Positions 53,372 to 62,169 of a stretch of 64,000 nt of DNA are shown here, piece after piece. Source of the stretch: Planctomycetota bacterium. GTDB lineage: Bacteria; Planctomycetota; B15-G4; SIAN01. The notes below the pieces were generated by a model, which was given only the letters and a program-made list of their open reading frames with translations, was not told where the DNA came from and searched no databases. The translations under genes and the position numbers were made by a program. Each line of letters starts with the position of its first letter. The first letter of the stretch is position 1. The stretch is from positions 32,001-96,000 of the forward strand of contig JANNXA010000051.1 of assembly GCA_031409275.1 (NCBI GenBank), in the 5' to 3' direction.

Positions 53372-55579
53372 ATGGAATTCTTCCAACACGACACCCCCGG
53401 CTGGTACGCGCTGGCGATCCTCCTGCTTCCGTTGGCAGGGTTTTGCTTCAACGCGTTCACCTACCGGACGGAATTCACGCGCAAGCGCGGCCACCTGGTC
53501 CCGCTGCTGACCATCGGCACCGCGCTCTTCTGCGCGCTGTCGATCTTCAAGCACGCGGTGATCGACTACGAGCCCGGCCACGACGCCACCGCGCATGCGG
53601 CGGCCACGCACGGCGGTGGCGGCCATGAAGGCGGCGCCGCAGGGGAACTCGCGGGCGAGCACGCAACGGCGGCAGGCCACGCCGCCGGATCGCTCGCCGA
53701 TCCGCGCTGGCACTGGTCGAGCAAGGATCACGGCGGTTCCTATCGCCTGATCGACACCGGTGCGCTCCGCATCGACGCCGGGATCACCATCGACCACCTG
53801 ACCGCGACGATGCTCGTCGTGGTGACGCTGGTCGCCTTCCTGGTGCACCTCTACTCGACGGCCTACATGCATGGCGACAAGCGCTACAGCCGCTTCTTCG
53901 CCTTCCTGCAGCTGTTCAGCTTCTCGATGCTCGGGCTGCTCCTGACCGACAACCTGCTCCTGCTGTTCTGCTTCTGGGAGCTGGTCGGGCTCTGCTCCTA
54001 CTTCCTGATCGGCTTCTGGTTCGAGAACGACGATCCGCCGAAGGCTTCGATGAAGGCCTTCATGACCAATCGCTTCGGCGACGTCGGCTTCCTGGTCGGC
54101 ATCCTCCTCGTCTACCGGATGTTCGGAACGACCGACCTGTCGACGCTCTACTCGAAGCTGCAGGCGGTCGCCGAGGGGAGCGCTTCGATCCCGCCGCTGT
54201 TTGGTTGGGAGGCCGGAACGCTGCTGACCATCGCCGGCCTCTGCCTCTTCATGGGGCCGATGGCGAAGTCGGCGCAGTTCCCGATGCACGTCTGGTTGCC
54301 GGACGCCATGGCGGGCCCGACGCCGGTGTCGGCGTTGATCCACGCGGCCACCATGGTCGCGGCCGGCGTCTACATGGTCGGCCGGATCTACTTCTTCTTC
54401 ACGCCGAGCTGCCTTGCGGCGATCGCCGGCATCGGCACCGTGACGGCGCTCGTCGCCGCGACCATCGGCCTCGTCCACAACAACATCAAGAAGGTGCTGG
54501 CCTACTCCACCTGCAGCCAGCTCGGCTACATGATGTTGTCGCTCGGCGTGGGCGGCTATTCAGCCGGCCTCTTCCACCTCTACACCCACGCGTTCTTCAA
54601 GGCGTGCCTCTTCCTTGGCGCGGGTTCGGTCATCCACTCGGTGCACACCGAGGACATGCGGGAGATGGGCGGGCTGAAGGAGAAGATGCCCGTCACCTAT
54701 CGCACGATGCTGATCGCGACTCTCGCGCTGGCGGGCGTGCCGTTCTTCAGCGGCGCCTTCAGCAAGGAGATGATCGTCGAGCACGCGTTGACCTGGGGCT
54801 TCGGCACCAACGTCGCCAAGATGCTCCCTGCGATCATCGCCATCGGCGGCGGCGGTCTGACCTTTTTCTACATGATGCGCCTGATCAACCTGACCTTCTT
54901 CGGGCAGGCGCGCGACGCCCACAAGTTCGACCACGCGCACGAGTCGCCGCCAGCGATGACGATCCCGCTGATCGTGCTCGCGTTCCTCTCGCTCTTCTCG
55001 GTCGGCTGGCCGATCCCGCTCTTCGGCGGCAAGAAACTGCCTGAGCTGCTTTCGCCGCCGCCGGCGCTCGCCTCGATCGCGCTCGGCCACGAGGAACATC
55101 ACGGCCACGCCGGCTTCGCGCTCGCGTTCGCCGTGCTGGTGATCTCGTGCCTCGTGCTGTGGGCCGGCTACGTGCTCTACCAGAAGACCTACAAGCAGCG
55201 CGCGCCCGGCCCGGAAGTCTGGGTCGCACGCTTCGGTTCGCTCTACACCACGGTGAGCCGCCTCTACTACGTCGACGAGTTCTACAAGGCGACCGTCGTG
55301 CGCCTGGGCTACGCGACGTCGCGCGTCCTGGCGATCGTCGATCAGAAGGTGCTCGATGCCGCGGTGAACGGCGTCGGCGCGCTGGGCCAGCTCGTCGGCC
55401 ACGCCTTCGCGCTGTTCGATCGAGTGGTCGTCGACGGCCTCGTCAACGTCTGGTGGCACCTGAGCCACGCCCTCTCGAAGAAGTTGCGCCGCATCCAAAC
55501 CGGAAACCTGCAGGACTACCTCGCCTTTGCCGTCGGTGGCATGGCACTGGTGACGCTCCTGTTCCTCTTCCTGGCTTGA
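53372..55579 (+). CDS. nuoL: NADH-quinone oxidoreductase subunit L
   Basis: WELVGLCSYFLIGFW, KAF.TNRFGD, KSAQFPMHVWLPDAMAGPTPVSALIHAATMV, KKVLAYST.SQLG, HAFFKA. Confidence 0.97.
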   Translation: MEFFQHDTPGWYALAILLLPLAGFCFNAFTYRTEFTRKRGHLVPLLTIGTALFCALSIFKHAVIDYEPGHDATAHAAATHGGGGHEGGAAGELAGEHATAAGHAAGSLADPRWHWSSKDHGGSYRLIDTGALRIDAGITIDHLTATMLVVVTLVAFLVHLYSTAYMHGDKRYSRFFAFLQLFSFSMLGLLLTDNLLLLFCFWELVGLCSYFLIGFWFENDDPPKASMKAFMTNRFGDVGFLVGILLVYRMFGTTDLSTLYSKLQAVAEGSASIPPLFGWEAGTLLTIAGLCLFMGPMAKSAQFPMHVWLPDAMAGPTPVSALIHAATMVAAGVYMVGRIYFFFTPSCLAAIAGIGTVTALVAATIGLVHNNIKKVLAYSTCSQLGYMMLSLGVGGYSAGLFHLYTHAFFKACLFLGAGSVIHSVHTEDMREMGGLKEKMPVTYRTMLIATLALAGVPFFSGAFSKEMIVEHALTWGFGTNVAKMLPAIIAIGGGGLTFFYMMRLINLTFFGQARDAHKFDHAHESPPAMTIPLIVLAFLSLFSVGWPIPLFGGKKLPELLSPPPALASIALGHEEHHGHAGFALAFAVLVISCLVLWAGYVLYQKTYKQRAPGPEVWVARFGSLYTTVSRLYYVDEFYKATVVRLGYATSRVLAIVDQKVLDAAVNGVGALGQLVGHAFALFDRVVVDGLVNVWWHLSHALSKKLRRIQTGNLQDYLAFAVGGMALVTLLFLFLA

Positions 55580-55622
55580 GAGCCGGTCCGCTCCGGTCTC
55601 TCTCCACGGGAAAACGCAAGTC

Positions 55623-57170
55623 ATGATCTCGACCTTCGACTCGTCTCATCTGCTCAGCTGGATCACGCTCTCGCCGCTGCTCGGCGTGCTCGCGATCCTC
55701 TTCACGCCACGCGAGAAGCACGACGTCATCAAGACGCTCGCCGCGGCCTTCACCGGCATCCCGCTCGCGCTCTCGGTGTGGATGTACGTGAAGTTCGACC
55801 AGTCGCTGGCGGGCTACCAGCTCTTCGACGACTTCGCCTGGGTCGAGGCGTTCAACATCCGCTACACGGTCGGCGTCGACGGCCTCTCGTCGCCGTTGGT
55901 GCTGCTGACCAGCATCCTGATGTTCTTCGCAGTCTTCTCGTCGTGGAACACCGAGAAGGGCGTGAAGGGCTACTTCATGCTGCTGCTGCTGCTCGAAGTC
56001 GGCGTCAACGGCGTCTTCGTCAGCCTCGACTTCTTCCTCTTCTACGTCTACTGGGAGCTGATGCTGCTCCCGATGTACTTCCTGATCGGCATCTGGGGCG
56101 GGCCGCGCCGCGAGTACGCCGCGATCAAGTTCTTCCTCTACACGCTGGCGGGCTCGGTCCTGATGCTCGTCGCGATGATCGCGATGTACCTGCACTCGGG
56201 CCCGACCGCCGCCGAGCGCACCTTCAGTCTCATCACACTGGCGGAGCGCGGCCAGAACGGCCTCTTCGCCAACGGCCCCATGCTCTTCGGCATGGAGTTC
56301 CGCCACTGGCTCTTCCTGTTCCTCTTCATCGGCTTCGCCATCAAGGTCCCGGTCTTCCCGTTCCATACGTGGTTGCCCGATGCCCACGTCGAAGCCCCGA
56401 CCGCGATCTCGGTGATCCTGGCCGGCATCCTGCTGAAGCTCGGCGGCTACGGCTTGATGCGCATGAACATGAGCATCTTCCCCGGCGTGATGTGGGACGG
56501 CAGCGGCCCGACCGCCTGGGCCACCGGCATCGCCCTGCTCGGGATGATCAACTGCGTCTATGGCGCGTTCGTCGCCATGGCGCAGACCGACATGAAGAAG
56601 CTGGTCGCCTACTCCTCGGTCGCGCACATGGGTTTCGTGCTGCTCGGCCTCGCGGCGATGAACCCCAACGGCATCGCCGGAGCCAACCTGCAGTTGTTCA
56701 ACCACGGCACCAGCTCGGCGATGCTCTTCCTCCTCGTCGGCGTCATCTACGACCGCGCCCACCACCGCGAGATCGCGAAGTTCGGCGGACTCGCCGCGCA
56801 CATGCCGATGTACGCCAGCCTGGCGTTCCTCGGCATCTTCACCTCGCTCGGACTGCCCGGCCTCGCCGGCTTCTGGGGCGAGGCGCTCTCGCTGATCGGT
56901 GCCTACGAGCACTTCCCGAAGATCGTGCTGGTCTCGACGATCGGCCTGATCGTGACCGCCGCGTTCTTCCTGATGATGATCCGCAAGGTCTTCTTCGGTC
57001 CGAAGAAGGAGATCTACGCCGGCTTCCCCGACCTCACGCTGCGCGAGTGGGCCTGCCTCACGCCGTTCGGCCTGCTGTGCATCGTCCTTGGCGTCGCTCC
57101 GTTCCTGCTCAGCGACTGGATGAAGCCGTCGATCGCGGCTCTCGCCAGCCTGTTCGGCGCGAAGAGCTGA
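55623..57170 (+). CDS. nuoM: NADH-quinone oxidoreductase subunit M
   Basis: GVDGLS, WELMLLPMYFLIG.WG, KVPVFPFHTWLPDAHVEAP, AYSSVAHMG, NHG, LGLPG. Confidence 0.97.
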   Translation: MISTFDSSHLLSWITLSPLLGVLAILFTPREKHDVIKTLAAAFTGIPLALSVWMYVKFDQSLAGYQLFDDFAWVEAFNIRYTVGVDGLSSPLVLLTSILMFFAVFSSWNTEKGVKGYFMLLLLLEVGVNGVFVSLDFFLFYVYWELMLLPMYFLIGIWGGPRREYAAIKFFLYTLAGSVLMLVAMIAMYLHSGPTAAERTFSLITLAERGQNGLFANGPMLFGMEFRHWLFLFLFIGFAIKVPVFPFHTWLPDAHVEAPTAISVILAGILLKLGGYGLMRMNMSIFPGVMWDGSGPTAWATGIALLGMINCVYGAFVAMAQTDMKKLVAYSSVAHMGFVLLGLAAMNPNGIAGANLQLFNHGTSSAMLFLLVGVIYDRAHHREIAKFGGLAAHMPMYASLAFLGIFTSLGLPGLAGFWGEALSLIGAYEHFPKIVLVSTIGLIVTAAFFLMMIRKVFFGPKKEIYAGFPDLTLREWACLTPFGLLCIVLGVAPFLLSDWMKPSIAALASLFGAKS

Positions 57171-57207
57171 CCTTCCCACTGCCGCCGCCCGATCGCCGGA
57201 GCTGAAC

Positions 57208-58749
57208 GTGAATTTGAAGGACTACCTGCAAGACCTGTCGCGCATCTGGCCGGAGATCCTCCTCTCGGTCACGGCGCTGATGGCGCTGCTTTGCGACCTG
57301 CTGCTGAAAGGCAAGGAGACGCGAGTCACCGGATGGGTGACCGCGATCGGCGTCCTCTTCACGCTCGGCTGGATCTGCCGCGACTTCGCGGGCGCCGACG
57401 GCAGCCGCATCTTCGGATTGATGCTGCACGACCGCTTCGCCATGTTCTTCAAGCTGTTGATCACGACCGGGCTTCTGATCGTGACCCTGCTCTCGATCTT
57501 CTTCCGCGGCTTCCAGAAGGACGGCGTCGGCGAGTACTACTCCATCCTCGTGATCGCCGCGGTCGGCGCCTTCTTCATGGTGTCGACCGACAACCTGCTG
57601 CTGATGTTCCTCGCGCTCGAGACGCTCTCGATCAGCTCCTACGCGCTGGCCGGCTTCCTGAAGCGCGACGTGCGCTCGGCGGAGGCGTCGATGAAGTACC
57701 TCGTGTTCGGCGCGCTGTCGTCGGGCGCGATGGTGTACGGCTTCTCGCTGCTCTACGGCTTCGCGGGCAGCCTCGAGTTGCCGCAGATCGCGACCACCGT
57801 GCGCACTCTGCTGCAAGGCGGCGAACATGGGCTCGACGCCGCGGGGATCGGCTGCGCCATCGCCGTCGTGCTCTCGCTTGCCGGCTTCGGCTACAAGGTC
57901 GCCGCGTTCCCGTTCCACTTCTGGAGTCCCGACGTCTACGAAGGCGCGCCGACGCCCGTCACCACCTTCCTCGCCGTCGTCTCCAAGGTGGCGAGCTTCG
58001 GGATGATCCTGCGCTTCTTCGGCGGCATCCCCCACGGCGGCGAAGGCTCGGCCCCGCTCGCCGCGGTGATCGCCGCGATCGCCGCGTGCTCGATGACGTT
58101 CGGCAACCTCGCAGCGATGCTGCAGGAGAACGCCAAGCGCCTGCTCGCCTACTCCTCGATCGCCCACTCGGGCTACCTGCTCGCCGGCGTCGCGGCGCTC
58201 GTCGCGCCGGGTGCTGCGGCGGGTGGCCACGAAGGGGGAGCCGCCCATGCGCTGGTCGCGGGGCTCACGGGCGGGCAGGCGGTGACCTACTACGCCGCCG
58301 CCTATCTGCTGATGAACCTCGGCGCGTTCGCCGTAGTGATCTACCTGTCGAATCGCTTCGGCTGCCAGACGGTGGCAAGCATGGCGGGGCTCGGTTGGAA
58401 GGCGCCGATCGCGTGCGGGACGCTGGTGCTCTTCCTGCTGTCGCTGACGGGCATCCCGCCGACCGTTGGCTTCGTCGGCAAGTGGTACCTGCTGCAGCCG
58501 ATCTGGTCGAAGGGGCTGCACTGGCTGGCGGTGACGCTCGTGCTCAATTCGATCGTCTCGCTCTTCTATTACTTCCGCCTCGCGCGCAGCCTCTTCCTCA
58601 AGGACGAGTCGCAGGTACTGGCGAGCCCGCGGAAGAACGCCTTCGGCGCCGAGATCACCGCGATCGCCGTGGCGCTGGCGATCGCAACGGTCTGGTTTGG
58701 CGTTTCGCTCCGTTGGCTGGCCGATCTGGTGCTGTCGATCCACATCTGA
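57208..58749 (+). CDS. nuoN: NADH-quinone oxidoreductase subunit N
   Basis: EASMKY, KVAAFPFHFWSPDVYEGAP, KRLLAYSSIAHSGY, SLTGIPPTVGF.GK, YYF. Confidence 0.97.
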   Translation: MNLKDYLQDLSRIWPEILLSVTALMALLCDLLLKGKETRVTGWVTAIGVLFTLGWICRDFAGADGSRIFGLMLHDRFAMFFKLLITTGLLIVTLLSIFFRGFQKDGVGEYYSILVIAAVGAFFMVSTDNLLLMFLALETLSISSYALAGFLKRDVRSAEASMKYLVFGALSSGAMVYGFSLLYGFAGSLELPQIATTVRTLLQGGEHGLDAAGIGCAIAVVLSLAGFGYKVAAFPFHFWSPDVYEGAPTPVTTFLAVVSKVASFGMILRFFGGIPHGGEGSAPLAAVIAAIAACSMTFGNLAAMLQENAKRLLAYSSIAHSGYLLAGVAALVAPGAAAGGHEGGAAHALVAGLTGGQAVTYYAAAYLLMNLGAFAVVIYLSNRFGCQTVASMAGLGWKAPIACGTLVLFLLSLTGIPPTVGFVGKWYLLQPIWSKGLHWLAVTLVLNSIVSLFYYFRLARSLFLKDESQVLASPRKNAFGAEITAIAVALAIATVWFGVSLRWLADLVLSIHI

Positions 58750-58874
58750 TCAGGCGTCCGACCGGCGCTTCGACCCCACGTCTCGTCGCGACGAACCGGG
58801 CGGGCTACGATCCCGTCGCTACTGGCTCGCGCACGGCGCGAGCCGCTCTCGCGCCCTGGCCGTGGAGGATCCCC

Positions 58875-61800
58875 ATGGGTTTCGCTTCGCCCCGCCGCTG
58901 CCACACCCCGCTTCCCCGCTGGCGATCGATCGCTGTCCTGGCCGTGCTTGCCGGCGCTGCGCACGCGCAGACCTGGCCGCTCGACTTCGTGACGGAGGAG
59001 ATCGGCATCGGTTGGGATCGTCCGACCTGCATCACGTTCGCCGACGCTGCCAACATGCTGGTCGCGGAGAAGGGCGGCCGGCTCTGGAACGTGCGCAACA
59101 GCGTGAAGCGACTGACGCCGGTGATCGACCTCAGCTCCGAGGTGCTCGACAATGGCGACCGCGGCCTGCTCACCGTGATCGCCGACCCGGAGTGGGACAG
59201 CAACGGCTACATCTACCTCGGCTACATCGTCGACCCGGACGCCGATTCGAGCGACGACGAGCAGGAGTCGTTCGGCCGCATCATCCGGCTCACGACGACA
59301 CGGGACCTGAACGGCGACCTGGTCGCCGATCCGACGTCGCGCAAGACGCTGATCGGCGCGACCTGGACGAGCGGCATTCCGTCGCTGCACTACTCCCACT
59401 CGATCGGCGACATGCGCTTCGCCGCGGACGGCAGCCTCTTCATCACCACCGGTGATGGCGCGCACTACGACCTCACCGACGCCGGTGGCTTCGACCCCAA
59501 CGGCTTCGGTCCCGGCAAGTTCGACGCTTCCGAGGACATCGGCGCGTTCCGTTCGCAGTCGCTGACGTCGCTCGCGGGCAAGGTGCTTCGCATCGATCCG
59601 GAGACGGGGCTTGGCCTGCCCGACAATCCCTTCTTCACCGGCAAGGCGGGCGACCACGCCTCACGCATCTGGGCGCTTGGCCTGCGCAACCCGTTCCGCT
59701 TCACGCTGCGTCCCGGCTCGGGGATCCCCGAGAAGCTCTACATCGGTGACGTTGGTTGGGGCACCGTCGAAGAGATCGACCACGCGCAACGCAATGCCGA
59801 GAACTTCGGCTGGCCGTGCTTCGAGGGGCCGCGCGTCGAGAACAGCTACGACAACGCCGATCCCAACGGCGAGTGCGACGATCCAACCGTCTTCACCAAG
59901 CCGATCTGGGCGTTCCACCACTCGACGCCGGGCTCGGCAGGCTTCACCAGCCAGTGCATCGCCGGCATGCAGATCTACGACGGAACCGCCTATCCGCAGC
60001 AGTATTCGGGGCGACTCTTCTTCTGCGAGTACGCCTCGGACTGGATCCGCACCGTTCGCTTCGTCAACGGCACCCCGACCGAGGTCGAGCTTTTCGGCAA
60101 CAACATCGGCAACCCGGTCGATCTGATCGCCGATCCCGTGAGCGGCGACCTCATCTACGTGGCGATCGGCGACAACGCGATCCGCCGCATCCGCTACACG
60201 AACGCCAACCACCCGCCGGAGGCGGTCGCCACCGCGACCCCCAACTTCGGCCCCTCTCCGCTGACCGTGACGCTCGATGCCAGCGCGTCGACCGACCCCG
60301 AAGGGTTGCCGCTCGCCTACCTGTGGGACTTCGGCGATGGCACCACCGGCACCAATGCCGTCGAAGCACATCTCTACCCGCTCGGCATCGACTACACGGT
60401 CAAGTTGACCGTCACCGACGTCGGCGGCGAGACCGCCAGTTGGACCAAGCAGATCTCGGTCGACAACACGCCCCCCGTGATCACCCAGATCACTTCGCCG
60501 CCGCAGCCGGGCTACTACACCGACGGGCAGTCGATCAACTTCTCGCTGATCGCCAGCGACCTCGAGGATGGCGCGGCCGGCATCCCGCTGGTCGTCGAGT
60601 GGAAACTCGACCTCGTCCATGACCACCACACGCACCCGTCGTGGCTCAAGCTCTTCGGCGCGAACGTGAACTGGAACGCCGAAAGCGAAGGGCACGGCAC
60701 CTACTATCGCGTGACCGCGAAGGTCACCGACAGCCGCGGACTCAAGGCCACGCAGGCGTTCGACCTCTTCGATCTCGATGCAGAACCGGAGCCCCACCTC
60801 GACTCGGTGAGCGACGTGGCGCCGCGGCTGGGAGTGCCGGTCGAAGCGCGCGCCCACGTGCACTACGCGGGCAAGGGCAGCGCCGACCTCGTCTTCGACT
60901 GGGGCGACGGCAGCCGCGACGTGTTCCACCCGTCGCACCTGCAGGACCGCAAGCCCAACCACCTCTACGCCGCGCCCGGCATCTACACGCTGCGCGTTTC
61001 TGCCAGCGATGACGTCGCGACCAACACAGTCGAACAGGTCCTGCAGGTGCGTCCGTTTCACCCGGCGGTCGCGATCTTCGCCCCCGTCATCGTGAAACGC
61101 TGGATCGACGAATCCAAGCAATGGGAGATCGCGACCCAGCTCGCCACCGAATTGCGTTCGCGCGGATACGAGGCCGAGATCTTCGGCCACGGCAACCAGG
61201 AGGCGCTGACGCGTTGGATGGAGATCTATCGCAACGACGGACTGCGCGACTACCTCGTCGTGCTCGACGTCGGGCCTGCCGCGATCTACTCCGGTCAGGA
61301 CGACGGCTCCATCGCCGAGGACTGGATCGAGAGCGGCAACGGGATCCTCTGGACCGGCTACAGCCCGTTCGCGTGGTACGTGGGCGAGGACGGCACGGTC
61401 GACGACGTGGGCGCGGGCGTCTTCGCCGCGGATGAAGTGCTCGACTCCGCTTCGAGCGCCGTCTGCAACGGCGTCGGCGTGATGCAACTGCTGCCGCCCG
61501 CATCCGACCTCCCCGATCTGCGGTCGTTCAGCGCGACGCGCGCCGTGATCGCCAGCAAGCTCGGCAGCGGCTGGAGCGAGGTGGTCGCCTACGCAGACGA
61601 CGGCACCAGCGGATCGAGCCGCTCGACCGATGCCGCGCTCTTCCGCAATTCCACCGGCGGCGACTACGCGCAGTTCCATGTCGTCAACGACAGCACCCTC
61701 CCGCGTGCGGGAGTGATCCGCGACTTCCTGCTCACGCAGCTCTTCGCGGGCCGCCCGGCGCCGCCGGTCTCCTTCACCCTGCTCGACCCCTACATGCAGG

Positions 61801-62069
61801 AGAAGGACGTCCCGCCGCTCGCTGCGCAGTTCGTCTGGGAGGACAGCGCGGGCGCGACGAGCTGGCTCTTCGAGCTCGCTCTCGACCCGGGTTTCACCAA
61901 GCCGGTCCACGTGGAGGTCGTCCAGGGCGCGACGAACCTCGACCTGCCGATCCTGCTGCGCCAGTTGCAGCAGTACTGGTGGCGGGTGACGGCGCGCAAC
62001 GACTTCGGCGCGACGACGGCCGAGGCGCGCACCTTCACGACGGGCAAGGCAGCGCGCAAGCACCGCTGA
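58875..62069 (+). CDS. Secreted glucose/sorbosone (PQQ-type) dehydrogenase-like beta-propeller with PKD domains
   Basis: ATG 58875 after GGAGG; signal peptide ending AHA; DRGLL, F.ADGSLF.TTGDG, GKVLRIDP, PDNPF, WALGLRNPFR, GDVGW..EEI, NFGWP; PKD motifs YLWDFGDG and FDWGDG..HLYAAPGIY. Confidence 0.88.
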   Translation: MGFASPRRCHTPLPRWRSIAVLAVLAGAAHAQTWPLDFVTEEIGIGWDRPTCITFADAANMLVAEKGGRLWNVRNSVKRLTPVIDLSSEVLDNGDRGLLTVIADPEWDSNGYIYLGYIVDPDADSSDDEQESFGRIIRLTTTRDLNGDLVADPTSRKTLIGATWTSGIPSLHYSHSIGDMRFAADGSLFITTGDGAHYDLTDAGGFDPNGFGPGKFDASEDIGAFRSQSLTSLAGKVLRIDPETGLGLPDNPFFTGKAGDHASRIWALGLRNPFRFTLRPGSGIPEKLYIGDVGWGTVEEIDHAQRNAENFGWPCFEGPRVENSYDNADPNGECDDPTVFTKPIWAFHHSTPGSAGFTSQCIAGMQIYDGTAYPQQYSGRLFFCEYASDWIRTVRFVNGTPTEVELFGNNIGNPVDLIADPVSGDLIYVAIGDNAIRRIRYTNANHPPEAVATATPNFGPSPLTVTLDASASTDPEGLPLAYLWDFGDGTTGTNAVEAHLYPLGIDYTVKLTVTDVGGETASWTKQISVDNTPPVITQITSPPQPGYYTDGQSINFSLIASDLEDGAAGIPLVVEWKLDLVHDHHTHPSWLKLFGANVNWNAESEGHGTYYRVTAKVTDSRGLKATQAFDLFDLDAEPEPHLDSVSDVAPRLGVPVEARAHVHYAGKGSADLVFDWGDGSRDVFHPSHLQDRKPNHLYAAPGIYTLRVSASDDVATNTVEQVLQVRPFHPAVAIFAPVIVKRWIDESKQWEIATQLATELRSRGYEAEIFGHGNQEALTRWMEIYRNDGLRDYLVVLDVGPAAIYSGQDDGSIAEDWIESGNGILWTGYSPFAWYVGEDGTVDDVGAGVFAADEVLDSASSAVCNGVGVMQLLPPASDLPDLRSFSATRAVIASKLGSGWSEVVAYADDGTSGSSRSTDAALFRNSTGGDYAQFHVVNDSTLPRAGVIRDFLLTQLFAGRPAPPVSFTLLDPYMQEKDVPPLAAQFVWEDSAGATSWLFELALDPGFTKPVHVEVVQGATNLDLPILLRQLQQYWWRVTARNDFGATTAEARTFTTGKAARKHR

Positions 62070-62119
62070 GACAGGCTGCCAGCGGCCGCCACCCGACGAC
62101 CGCCGATCCAAGAACGAAG

Positions 62120-62154
62120 ACGGCCCCCGCGGCAGCGATCGCCGCGGGGGCCGT
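62120..62154. terminator. Perfect 14-bp hairpin between convergent genes, probably a bidirectional terminator
   Basis: ACGGCCCCCGCGGC-agcgatc-GCCGCGGGGGCCGT. Confidence 0.75.
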
Positions 62155-62169
62155 TGCATTCCTCTCCGC

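Noticed and set aside
57291..62069. Apparent 1592-aa giant protein overlapping nuoN
   Set aside because: The first ~530 codons are an off-frame read of nuoN; the real start is ATG 58875 with an SD and signal peptide.
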